Shown: positions 1-11,295 of the stretch, in pieces
Layout of the letters: every line of letters starts with the position of its first letter
Position numbering within the stretch: the first letter of the stretch is position 1
Assembly (NCBI GenBank): GCA_964016885.1
Contig: OZ024745.1
Coordinates: forward strand, 61,318,001-61,382,000
DNA: 64,000 nt
Direction: 5' to 3'
Origin: Eledone cirrhosa
Taxonomy: Eukaryota
Program-made: the position numbers and the translations under genes
Notes under the pieces: model-generated
What the model saw: only the letters and a program-made list of their open reading frames with translations
The model's database searches: none
What the model was told of the DNA's origin: nothing

Positions 1-1878
1 TGAACTATAGTAGCAGTTTTGGCAAATTTTTGCTCAACAAAATAATTTGGAGATAATTATAAAGAATTAGTATATCTACCAACATATATATACAGATGTA
101 TACCTATGCTAGCAAATATATAGGTTTTGTCTTAGTAACTTTGTGGTTCAATGCAAGGGGATGCAGAACAATTATATGAAAGACGTAAAATAAGAAAATG
201 ATAAAAATTAACTTACTTACTAAAATTTCACTCCAACTAATTAGTTTCTGAAAGGGAATAAACATGGTTTCCGAATGGAACACATGGAGAATGCCTTTCG
301 TCATCAGGAAGTCAATTCTCAGCTAAGTTCCCAGGCGATGCGTAGACACAGGGAACTTATACAAAAATAATTCAGTGGATGGAAAAAAGCAAACGAGGAC
401 TAAATTCCAAGACATTGAAAAAATCACTGTCTACTTGGTCGGTGGCAAATTCAAAAGAACCAATCACGTGACATCGAGGTTAATCAGTGAGGAGTGGGGT
501 GTTAAGAAGACAGTAGCCGAACTATTACTATGAACTATAGTAGCAGTTTTGGCAAATTTTTGCTCAACAAAATAATTTGGAGATAATTATAAAGAATTAG
601 TATATCTACCAACATATATATACAGATGTATACCTATGCTAGCAAATATATAGGTTTTGTCTTAGTAACTTTGTGGTTCAATGCAAGGGGATGCAGAACA
701 ATTATATGAAAGACGTAAAATAAGAAAATGATAAAAATTAACTTACTTACTAAAATTTCACTCCAACTAATTAGTTTCTGAAAGGGAATAAACATGGTTT
801 CCGAATGGAACACATGGAGAATGCCTTTCGTCATCAGGAAGTCAATTCTCAGCTAAGTTCCCAGGCGATGCGTAGACACAGGGAACTTATACAAAAATAA
901 TTCAGTGGATGGAAAAAAAGCAAACGAGGACTAAATTCCAAGACATTGAAAAAATCACTGTCTACTTGGTCGGTGGCAAATTCAAAAGAACCAATCACGT
1001 GACATCGAGGTTAATCAGTGAGGAGTGGGGTGTTAAGAAGACAGTAGCCGAACTATTACTATGAACTATAGTAGCAGATTTGTCAAATTTTTGCTCAACA
1101 AAATAATTTGGAGATAATTATAAAGAATTAGTATATCTACCAACATATATATACAGATGCATACCTATGCTAGCAAATATATAGGTTTTGTCTTAGTAAC
1201 TTTGTGGTTTAATGCAAGGGGATGCAGAACAATTATATGAAAGACGTAAAATAAGAAAATGATAAAAATTAACTTACTTACTAAAATTTCACTCCAACTA
1301 ATTAGTTTCTGAAAGGGAATAAACATGGTTTCCGAATGGAACACATGGAGAATGCTTTCGTCATCAGGAAGTCAATTCTCAGCTAAGTTCCCAGGCGATG
1401 CGTGGACACAGGGAACTTATACAAAAATAATTCAGTGGATGGAAAAAAGCAAGCGAGGACTAAATTCCAAGACATTGAAAAAATCACTGCCTACTTGGTC
1501 AGTGGCAAATTCAAAAGAATCAATCACGTGACATCGAGGTTAATCAGTGAGGAGTGGGGTGTTAAGAAGACAGTAGCCGAACTATTACTATGAACTATAG
1601 TAGCAGATTTGTCAATTTTTTGCTCAACAAAATAATTTGGAGATAATTATAAAGAATTAGTATATCTACCAACATATATATACAGATGCATACCTATGCT
1701 AGCAAATATATAGGTTTTGTCTTAGTAACTTTGTGGTTCAATGTATATATTCCTGATGACGAAAGGCATTCTCCATGTGTTCCATTCGGAAACCATGTTT
1801 ATTCCCTTTCAGAAACTAATTAGTTGGAGTGAAATTTTAGTAAGTAAGTTAATTTTTATAATTTTCTTATTTTATGTC

Positions 1879-1883
<5 letters not shown>
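1..1883 (-). mobile_element. Tandem array of ~530-bp HHR-bearing units (3.3 copies visible, starts before window) plus inverted terminal segment 1751-1883; retrozyme-like / non-autonomous PLE
   Basis: Near-identical units start at about 1, 531, 1062 and 1592; 1751-1883 is the reverse complement of part of the unit; ends in (TA)n; one HHR per unit. Confidence 0.8.
230..312 (-). ncRNA. Type I hammerhead ribozyme with extended stem II (copies at 760-842 and 1291-1372 on -, and 1751-1830 on +)
   Basis: Minus strand: ACTTC-CTGATGA-c-GAAAGG...CCTTTC-a-GAAAC-TAATTA-GTT-GGAGT; stem I ACTTC/GGAGT, palindromic stem III. Confidence 0.75.
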
Positions 1884-1969
<86 letters not shown>

Positions 1970-1972
<3 letters not shown>

Positions 1973-2586
1973 TAACAATAATGGAACAAAGAATCAGTGT
2001 TGCATCATAACATTTAATAACATATTACATATGTTTCACTGTCAATCAGCTCGAAGAACAATCTATTATTGATCGAACCTGACTCTGGAATCGAAAGATC
2101 CTCAGATATGCCTCAGTATGTAAGCTCGTCTCTGATTTTGTGAGAATATATCCAGTACCTTCTTACATTTAGTACATTCCAACAACGTGTATTCTGCGGT
2201 CTCCTCTCGTTGGTTCGTTATTCATCCCATAATCGGTTTATTTACAAAATTATAGGACGAATAACGAACCAATGAGAGGAGACCGCAGGATACACGTTGT
2301 TGGAATGTGCTAAATGTAAGAAGGTACTGGAGATATTCTCACAAAATCAGAGACGAGCTTACATACTGAGGCATATCTGAGGATCTTTCGATTCCAGAGT
2401 CAGGTTCGATCAATAATAGATCGTTCCTCGAGCCGATCGACAGTGAAACATATGTGATATGTTATTAAATATGTTATGACGCAACATTGATTCTTTGTTC
2501 CTTTATTCTTATACAATTATTATCTGCTCTGCGCGAGCATCGAGTGCTCACCCAGCATACCGCCTACGGACGCAATTATCTTGCAC

Positions 2587-2590
<4 letters not shown>
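1970..2590. mobile_element. Fold-back non-autonomous HHR element
   Basis: Imperfect inverted arms ~1980-2230 / ~2257-2510, flanked by (TA)n and (CA)n. Confidence 0.7.
2021..2110 (-). ncRNA. Type I hammerhead ribozyme, long stem II (plus-strand copy 2372-2461 has a GTG triplet, likely inactive)
   Basis: Minus strand: CATAT-CTGAGGA-[~60 nt]-GAAAC-ATAT-GTA-ATATG. Confidence 0.65.
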
Positions 2591-2645
<55 letters not shown>

Positions 2646-2646
2646 T

Positions 2647-2677
<31 letters not shown>

Positions 2678-2755
2678 TACATACACACACACACACACAC
2701 ATATACATACATACATACAAACATACATACATTACATACATACATACATACATAT

Positions 2756-2960
2756 GTTGGTTCACAAAGGGCCAGAAACACAAATGTAACATAGCTTCTT
2801 TGTAGATGACCTGAAACTTTATGCCAAGAATATAAATGGTAAGAAAACCCTTGACCTAGTTACGACGTTCTCAAAAGATGTAGGAATGGAGTTTGACCAG
2901 GATAAATGTTCCTATATGATTGTAAAGCGAGGTAAAACTACAAGCCAATCTAGAAACAGT
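2756..2960 (+). pseudogene. Non-LTR retrotransposon RT fragment (R4/Dong-like)
   Basis: Translates to SFFVDDLKLYAKNINGKKTLDLVTTFSKDVGMEFDQDKCSYMIVKRGK; directly follows a (TACA)n tract. Confidence 0.75.
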
Positions 2961-3054
2961 GGCCTGACACTTTCAGTGGCATCTGACGATTACTTTTGTA
3001 CACATATGCTGTACAAAAGGCTCAAAATTGAGACAGAATTGTATTTTCTATAAT

Positions 3055-3240
3055 AATTGTTTCTACTTTTGGCACAAGGCCAGAAATTATTCCAATGTAT
3101 TACTGGTACTTTATTTTATCGACCCCGTAAGGATGAAAGGCAAAGTCAACCTCGGCGGGATTTGAACTCAGATCGTAAAGGGACGTAACTATGCTGGAAA
3201 GCATGGCGTCCGACCCTCCACCGATACTGCCAATCCACCA
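3055..3240 (-). mobile_element. tRNA-type SINE (dominant family in window); partial second copy at 3317-3410
   Basis: Minus strand has A-box-like TGGCAGTATCGG, B-box GAGTTCAAATCC and core GCCTTTCATCCTTACGGGGTCGATAAAATAAAGTACC; well over 10 copies in the window. Confidence 0.85.
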
Positions 3241-5127
3241 TAATAATGTTCTACATTTTGAGAATCTATTATATATTGATAAAGGCGGATAGAACGTCGG
3301 ATAGAATGCTTTGCAGTAAGGATGAAAGGCAAAGTTAACCTCGGCAGGATTTGAACTCAGACCATAAAGGGCCGTAACTCTTTGCTACAAAGCATGGCGT
3401 CCGACCCTTAATAACGTTTAGCTTTAATTCTTTAAATTCTTTATATACAAAGTGACTGGCTTCTAACAGGAACATAGCCCCTTTATTAGTGTCTATACAA
3501 CAGCATTAATATTACATGCTAAGCTTTAAAAAATTCTTCTTATTTTCCTACTACATATCGAATGTGTATGTGAGCCTCGCGAGCTGGAATGGCTCTTCCA
3601 GCGCGTTTCTCTCACCATCCTTCTTTATTCTGTCCGCTGAGGCCGCGGGGTGGCCAGTCCGCCGTGGCTGTGGGGCAGCCAGCGTGTGGGCCGACATTTG
3701 CTCATAATAGTGAGAGATGGTGGAGAGCGGGAGAGATGGAGGCAGTGATAGGGGGGAGTTTGGTTCCGTTGTGTTCGGACCTAGTGTATATATGGATTGG
3801 CTTCACGGAGATACACTCACATTGAAGTAATTACACATAAATATAATTCACTTTTAGTATATCTATTGATATATCTGTCTATATATCGGCTTGCCTACTT
3901 GCCTGCTTGCCTGTCTGTTTAACTATTTATCTACCTGACTATCTGTTTCACTGTCGTTTGCTTACCCGTCTGTCTGTCTGTCTGTCTGCCTGTCTGTCTG
4001 TCTGTCTGTCTATGTGTGGTTGTGATCGTTTACGTGTGTCACAGCTGGATATATCAACCGACAAGGTGTGGATGTTTATCGGTTCATATTCTATTTGCCT
4101 TGTGTTTCGTCTGTGGTAAAGACACTTAAGCCTGAACAGCCCAGTCAACCTAGCTGTAAATGTTTCATACGCTTGTTGTAGGTGTGTGCATGTGTGCGTA
4201 TGTGTGTGTGTGCGCGCATGTGTCTCTGTGTGTGTGTGTGTATGTGTGTGTGTGTGTGTATGTGTGTTTGTGTGTGTGTGTGTGTGTTAGTGTGCGTGTA
4301 AATGTAAAATAATTATATAGAGCCCTTCTGTCATTCAGTTATGTTAGAATGGAATAATTTTATGTGATAGAGCAATAATCAGTGATTTCGTTCCATAGAA
4401 TTAATGGCGGAACGTAATAGCTGTCGGATAAAAGTAGGTCTTCAGTGGAGAAAGAATTAATCTGAATTAATCTAAACACATTTCCATTGGTCAGCACATC
4501 ATATATTTCGATTAAGCTAAAACTTCAAATCATCGGCCGCATGTGTGTGTGTATGCTGGCGTATGTGTGCACGTGTGCAAACTCAATATAATTACGACAG
4601 AATATAAGTGCGTGCGCATGTAACTGAGAGTATTACTGCAAATATTCTTGATGTAGGAATTCAATATTTGAATACATCTAAAACGTAGGTTAATGTCCAA
4701 GGAAAGCGTTTTAGTTTTCCGTTTTGTCTCTGTCTTCTAATCACCTTGAGGCCAGCTTACATTAAACGACACTTAGGCAGATGGCTAGTGAAATTTTACT
4801 TGCTGAGACCGAACTAATTTTCTCGGCTTTCAAAATTTTAAAAGTGATAACCGGAAAGGCTGTGTTGAAATAGTTGCATAAGTTGGAAATATCAGAAGTT
4901 TAATATGTAGTACCTAAACGGAAATCGTCTGTATGGTGTTTGTGGTAAGGTATTGATCAGCAAGCAATAATGTTACAGTTCTAGCCACAGGCCAGTCCTA
5001 ATTGAGTAGACATATATGATCAAAGTTGTTTCAACCATGACCAACCTGTCGTTTATATTCAGACAGTTTTTGGGGTGGGCTACAACGGCCAGGACTTGGC
5101 TGTAGTGGCGGTTGTATAACTGCTTCA

Positions 5128-5360
5128 GGAGAGTGCTGGAGAGGTCGAGAGAGAGAGGTAGAGAGGCGAGATAGAGCTAGAGATATGAGAGAGAGGTAGA
5201 TAGAGGGAAAGAGAAAGAGAGGTAGAGAGAGGGAAAGAGAAGGAAAAAGAAGTAGAGAGGATTAGAGAGAGGACAGAGAAGAGAGAGGTTGAGTGAGCAG
5301 AGAGTATAGAGAGAGAAGTGAGGATAGAGGAGGGAGAGAAAGAGAAGACAGAGACTGAGC
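5128..5360. repeat. Polypurine (GA-rich) low-complexity tract
   Basis: Direct inspection. Confidence 0.85.
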
Positions 5361-6447
5361 AAGGTACAGTAAGACGGGACCAATCTATAGGTCGACTTTC
5401 GATTTTTAGGATAAAAATACTATTGTTTAAAATGGTAACACTTATTTCATTTAAACACATTCACTGGTTCAATAGCTGGTTGATTTATTAGAATCGTTAG
5501 AGCTTCGAACAGAATGCCTAGTGATATTTGTAGCAGCTTTCTGCGCTCTTCGTTCAAACACTAGTACGGTCTACTTTGCTTTTCATTCTTTCTGGTTAAG
5601 AAAAAGCAGCATTAGACCAGTACTGATGCAGCACTCTCTATCACATCCGAAATATTCGCCTGGATCAAGAGTGAGAAGATCGAGAGGATGCTTGCGTCGT
5701 CACGCAACTACATTGCTACCGAAAAAAACCCATCATACATGCTACAAATTCATTTTCGATTGCGACTGACGGATGTAATTTCTTTTTATACAGGCTCAAT
5801 AGATACCCCTTCTCCATATTGTTTCTAGCTTATTTTTTGTATATCTCAAGCCCACTTTGTGAATTCTCTCTTATTTCCTTTTATCTGGAAAACTTCATCA
5901 TATTTTCCACTGCCAGATATCCTACTGAAGCGAGTGGATTAGTTGCTTGGCCGGCTTAAACAACAGTGAATATATTATTGATTTCGAAAACACTGTATGA
6001 ATAGGAGAATTATTCATTATTATTTCTAGCACTGTCACGTCACTGAAGACAGGATCTTTCGATTCGTTTCTGTCACATTCTTGGCCGATAAAAAGCAAGA
6101 AAGAAAACTGCAAAAATAAAATAAAAAACAAACAAAAACAAAAGAAATCTAAAACCCCAGCAAAAATAAAAGCGCAATGAAAAATAAAAATACTAACAAC
6201 AATTCTATTAATTTTCTTTTCCCCACCTTATATTATCTGATGTTAGGTTTCGTAGGTTATGAAGAAAGATGTGTTTTTTTTTTCTGTAGTAATGTTTAGA
6301 AGGTATTGCTTCGCAGAGAAGTGTCAACTGTCTCAACCAAATGATGAATAGAAACAAAATTTAATCTTTTAGTAAGAAATAGATTAAATATATGAATGAA
6401 TATGAATGGCACAGAAAAAAGGGACAATGATTAAGACTCATTGGAAG

Positions 6448-6566
<119 letters not shown>

Positions 6567-6589
6567 TATACATATATATATATATATTT

Positions 6590-7196
6590 AACAAAGGGTA
6601 TTATTAGTTAAAAAATCGTTAAATGGATTAACATGATTGTTAAATGAAATAACAAGAATAAAGATTTAGTTTATATATAATTGTTTACTTCATTTCAGTC
6701 AAAAAGAACAATAATCAAGTTACCACGAGTTGCAAAGGTTGACAATGTTATTTTGTTGTTGATGTGAAAACACCGAACGACCAGATAAAGAGTGTTGGTG
6801 GATGCAGTCTGTGGTAGTGGTTCTCGTCGTGAGTCTGCGACCAGGAGAGAGAGATAGGGTAATGGTCTGTAATTGACTGTAGACCACTGTGGCCTGTAGA
6901 TAACGGTGAATCCTTACATAGCTGGTCTGTATCGTAGTGCTCCGATCTCTCTGTATGTCTGTAGACCTCTGAGGCCTAAAGGTAGGGGTGAATCTTTACA
7001 TAGTTTGTTGCTAGCGTAATGCTCTGACCTCTCTGTATAAACGTGGGATGATACAGGCTTTATATACCTGTCGCTTTCTGTCTCCCACCTTGAGGGGATA
7101 GCCCACGCATGAACCTGTTCACACCAAAAGGGTGGTGACCTAGAGTTTGACCTTTAGGTGTCACCCAACGTTCAAGGCGCGAAAGACTTCGCTATA
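6590..7196 (-). mobile_element. Possible solo LTR or other repeat inserted in (TA)n
   Basis: Complex sequence between TA tracts; minus-strand GGTATATAAAG TATA-like motif; internal ~82-bp duplication (6878-7038). Confidence 0.35.
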
Positions 7197-7208
7197 TATA
7201 TATATATA

Positions 7209-7443
7209 CAGATCAGAGCAAACAGCACGGACACTCTATCTCAAAATTATTTTTGAAAAGCATTTAGAAATGCGCAACCGGTAAAAGCTTAAAAACTTAA
7301 AACCACAACTGAATACTAACCCATACAATCACTAATACTCTTTTATTCCTAATTAAACCATTTTTCAACTGTGAACAATTTGTCAGCATTTTCTATTCCG
7401 TTTACCAATATATAATAACTTGTGTGTTACACCTCTATTCTTT

Positions 7444-7446
<3 letters not shown>
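7209..7446. repeat. Dispersed repeat fragment, homologous to 22616-22841
   Basis: Shared cagat(c/t)agagcaaaca...gtgttacacctctattcttttaa. Confidence 0.85.
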
Positions 7447-7482
<36 letters not shown>

Positions 7483-7618
7483 GTTTTACACTAAGCTCAT
7501 CAAAATAATTTAAATGGTATATATATATATATATATATACACTATATATAGAGTTATAAACTCAAACAGTCTTTTACAATTAATTAGCTCAAAGAAAGAA
7601 GTATTTCTGAGGCGTGAA

Positions 7619-7772
7619 ATACAAGTTAATATAAATTAATATATATGATAAACACTAATACAATCATATAAGTGTTTGTATTGCAAATGACCAAGTTAGC
7701 TAGATTGCAATACAAACACTTATATGATTGTATTAGTGTTTATCATATATATTAATTTATATTAACTTGTAT
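7619..7772. repeat. Near-perfect fold-back (hairpin)
   Basis: atacaagttaatataaattaat...gtattgcaa followed by its reverse complement, short loop. Confidence 0.85.
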
Positions 7773-7784
7773 ATATATATATAT

Positions 7785-8319
7785 AAAATAAAATAATGAA
7801 GTCAAATATTTAAAATTTGGCTTCGTTTATTAAAGATGTACTGCTATATATATTTCGGTGACATCATTGGCTGTGACCTCTTCAAAAAGTCTATAGAAAT
7901 TTCTATAGACTTTTGACTGAGGAATGTTCTCACAACTGACCAATGGGAGGAGAGAATGTCCTATGACGCCGAAATTCGTTTGTTCGAATTCATATGATTC
8001 CAGTTCCTCAGAGAAATAACAACCCAACCAGGAGCTGGACATATCGATGTATTGACTGAGTAAAACACACTTCAACAACATGTGTACCTGTCTCTACCAC
8101 CCACACCAATTCGGACTGCCTGAAGAGGTCACAGCCAATGATGGCTGTCACCGAAATATATATAGTAGTACATCTTTAATAAATGAAGCCAAATTTTAAA
8201 TATTTGACTTCATTATTTTATTTTACATTACTCCGGAGTAACCAAACCAACCTGCGTACTTCGTCGAGTGCTCCAATCTGCATATTGAGGTGTCGGTAAA
8301 CAACCAACATATACTCAAA

Positions 8320-8322
<3 letters not shown>
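7785..8322 (+). mobile_element. HHR-bearing non-autonomous element with inverted partial terminal copy (7786-7884)
   Basis: 7786-7884 is the reverse complement of ~8121-8225; TA tracts on both sides. Confidence 0.75.
8115..8169 (+). ncRNA. Minimal type I hammerhead ribozyme
   Basis: ACTGC-CTGAAGA-GGTCACAGCCA-atga-TGGCTGTCACC-GAAA-TATATA-TA-GTAGT. Confidence 0.85.
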
Positions 8323-8375
<53 letters not shown>

Positions 8376-8408
8376 TATATATATATATAAATTATATATA
8401 TATAAATT

Positions 8409-8454
<46 letters not shown>

Positions 8455-9074
8455 TAGTATAAAGAAAGTGCTCAGTTCACTCTTTGGTTTGGGATGTCAT
8501 TGAGATTGATAATTATGCCGACAAATACATCTCTGAAGCTGCAATCCACCTGTCGAGTACTGCGACGAGAATTGAGCAAAAGAAGCGATGCCAGTAAACG
8601 TCACTGATAGACACATATATCCTTGAATCGATGGTGATAAACACAGCTGTTGTAAATACACGAAATATTTTTTTTTATTAGAGCTACCAGAGCAAAAATA
8701 GTTGAAGCGATAAGTGATGCAGCATTCACTTCATGGCCGTTGCCACGAATTGGTTTGACGATTTTAAGTGGTAATGTTCAGTCAAAATAGACAAGAAAAA
8801 TAAAGATAAAACTATTATTTAAATTCAATCATAATTACACAAACATGTACCGCTGTAAAATATAGGTTAGCGAGTTTGGCTATATTTGATACTTATCTGC
8901 AGACAAACTGGACAAGAAAGGATGGGCCAAATTCGAAGCATTCCGGACAAATGACTCACAGCGCATAGACAACCAACTCACTGCTGTCCAACCGAAACTA
9001 AAACGTGAAACTAAAAAGAAATTGTGTAATTATGGCTGTGTTGCCTTTTTTAATCATGAACTATATATATATAT

Positions 9075-9330
9075 AGAAATCACATGAATCAAAGTTCTGT
9101 TTAAACCATTTATTAGCTTACAATTGTTTCGTCCAAACCGAGGTTTGGTGTCTCCGGAGCAATTTTTCAATGATTGTTTACATACATGACCTCCTTTCTA
9201 ACACAAGAGATATACAGAAACATATGTATATATCGATGCACAATGTTATTACATTGAGCTATTTATCTTACTGGTAATAAGGTAGTAATAAATTACTGTC
9301 TTTCACTGTTTAGGGTTTAAAATATATATA
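9075..9330. mobile_element. Diverged relative of the terminal repeat of the 13925-19513 PLE, with degenerate HHR (9116-9160, -)
   Basis: 9075-9210 aligns to 14090-14225; 9245-9330 aligns to the reverse complement of ~13985-14065; core reads CCGGAGA...GAAAC-AATT-GTA. Confidence 0.7.
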
Positions 9331-9374
9331 ACTATAAAAAGTTTTAGTATATACATAATCATAAATAGTACCCT

Positions 9375-9914
9375 TAAGCACTGTATGCTTAATTAAAAGC
9401 ATTTCGAAGACCTTACGCTATTGTTTTAGAGTAGTGACAGTCTCACTTACTTCAATTTTCAGCAAACAGGGGAGATAAAGCTGACAGAGCTCTGTTTCGC
9501 ACTTTTGGTGCATATCAAAGTTAACTACTCCGCCTGTTTGCTGAAAATTATGAATGTTTGATTCTTATAGAATTCCAGTAATAATCAGGAACTGATTATA
9601 CAGAGCGGTTGCCGGTCAAGCAGAAATTAAAAATTAGAATTGGTGCTCTGAAATAGCTATATATATATGAATGTATATATAGTGTATTTTGCAATACACT
9701 GTATGCTTAATTAAAAGCATTTCGAAGACCTTATGCTATTGTTTTAGAGTAGTGACAGACTCACTTACTTTGCTGAAATTAAAGTAAGTGAGTCTGTCAC
9801 TACTCTAAAACAATAGCATAAGGTCTTCGAAATGCTTTTAATTAAGCATACAGTGTATTGCAAAATACACTATATATACATTCATATATATATATAGCTA
9901 TTTCAGAGCACCAA

Positions 9915-9921
<7 letters not shown>
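9375..9921. repeat. Tandem-plus-fold-back repeat element
   Basis: 9380-9450 repeated at ~9697-9770; ~9630-9770 inverted at ~9781-9921. Confidence 0.75.
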
Positions 9922-9973
<52 letters not shown>

Positions 9974-10086
9974 ATAATGATAAATTTGAAGACTAAAATA
10001 TGTATAATATGTATATATTTATATAATATATATACATATATATATTTATATACATATATATTAAATAAATATATACATATTATACC

Positions 10087-10124
<38 letters not shown>

Positions 10125-10140
10125 TAAAATAACAGATTAA

Positions 10141-10191
10141 AGTTTAAGCAAAGAATCGCTGCTTTCACCCTTAACGGGATCTTCTGAAACT
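10141..10191 (-). ncRNA. Variant type I hammerhead ribozyme (CAGAAGA core) in the PLE1 3' end
   Basis: Minus strand: AGTTT-CAGAAGA-tCCC-gttaa-GGGt-GAAA-GCAG-cgattct-TTGC-TT-AAACT. Confidence 0.6.
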
Positions 10192-10320
10192 AACAAAGTC
10201 AATCTGTCAACGCAGAAGTGAATATTTCAAAAAACGTTGCAAACGGAGGAAGACAGGAAGACGATACTTTGGTTCGTGGAAACGCTCCCTGGCAAAGAAC
10301 GGGAAAAAACGAAGATAATG

Positions 10321-10500
10321 TATTACTAGTACTTTATTTTATCGACCCCGTAAGGATGAAAGGCAAAGTTAACCTCGGCGGGATCTGAGTTCAAATCCCG
10401 CCGAGGTTAACTTTGCCTTTCATCCTTACGGGGTCGATAAAATAAAGTACCAGTAATACACTGGGAAATTGCTGGCCTTGTGCCTAACGTAGAAACAATT
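10321..10500. mobile_element. Head-to-head palindromic SINE pair inside the PLE1 3' UTR
   Basis: 10321-10384 is the reverse complement of ~10395-10458; centre contains the B box GAGTTCAAATCC. Confidence 0.8.
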
Positions 10501-10873
10501 ATTTGGAGCGTTGAAAACAATTACACGCAAAGACAAAACCACGTTTATGGTATAAAAGAAGTCGTAGACTAATATTCTATTAGGTGGTTCATAGAGACGT
10601 TCTCTGGCAATGAACGGAAAAAACGAAGATAATACGTCATATGTGGAGCGGGAGAACAATTGCACGCAAAGACAAAACCACGTAAATGGTATAACTGAAG
10701 TCGTAGACTAAAATTCTAACTAGGAAACCGAATGATTCTCGGCTTCAGAGTTAACAATAAAGTAAATAAAATACAGTGGTAATTGAAATTAAATAAATAC
10801 ATACACGCATCCATATCCGCACATACACAAGCATACGCGAAAACACTCGCCATAGGTATACAAATATACGCAC

Positions 10874-10904
<31 letters not shown>

Positions 10905-11295
10905 CGTGTATACAAATAATTAAATAAACGTATATAAATAAATAAATACGTATATAACAAGCGCACACACATACCTACATGTAAATACACATATGTTCGG
11001 AGACGTACGTCAACCAAAACACGAAGTACACATATACACACACCCTACATACGTACGAACCCGCATACTCACACAGACACAAAACTCACGTATACACATA
11101 ACGAAAAGTATATGTACCAGAATATATAAAATATACGCCATAACATATACAATCAAATATACGTACGAGAAAGTATACGTACTTTCACCAAACATACAGG
11201 TAATAGATACTTACCTATACAAATAAGTAATGGTATAAACATAACATATACTTAGCTACCACATCAAGACGTAAAATATCCGCGTATAGATCGTA

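Noticed and set aside
1402-1593. Short ORF with TGNLYK, similar to KTGNLY in the PLE1 protein
   Set aside because: Only a 5-residue match, antisense to the HHR, no other RT motif
9378-9412. GAAA-TGCTT..AAGCA-TA-CAGTG as a hammerhead on the minus strand
   Set aside because: Only the 3' half; no matching CUGANGA or stem I strand found
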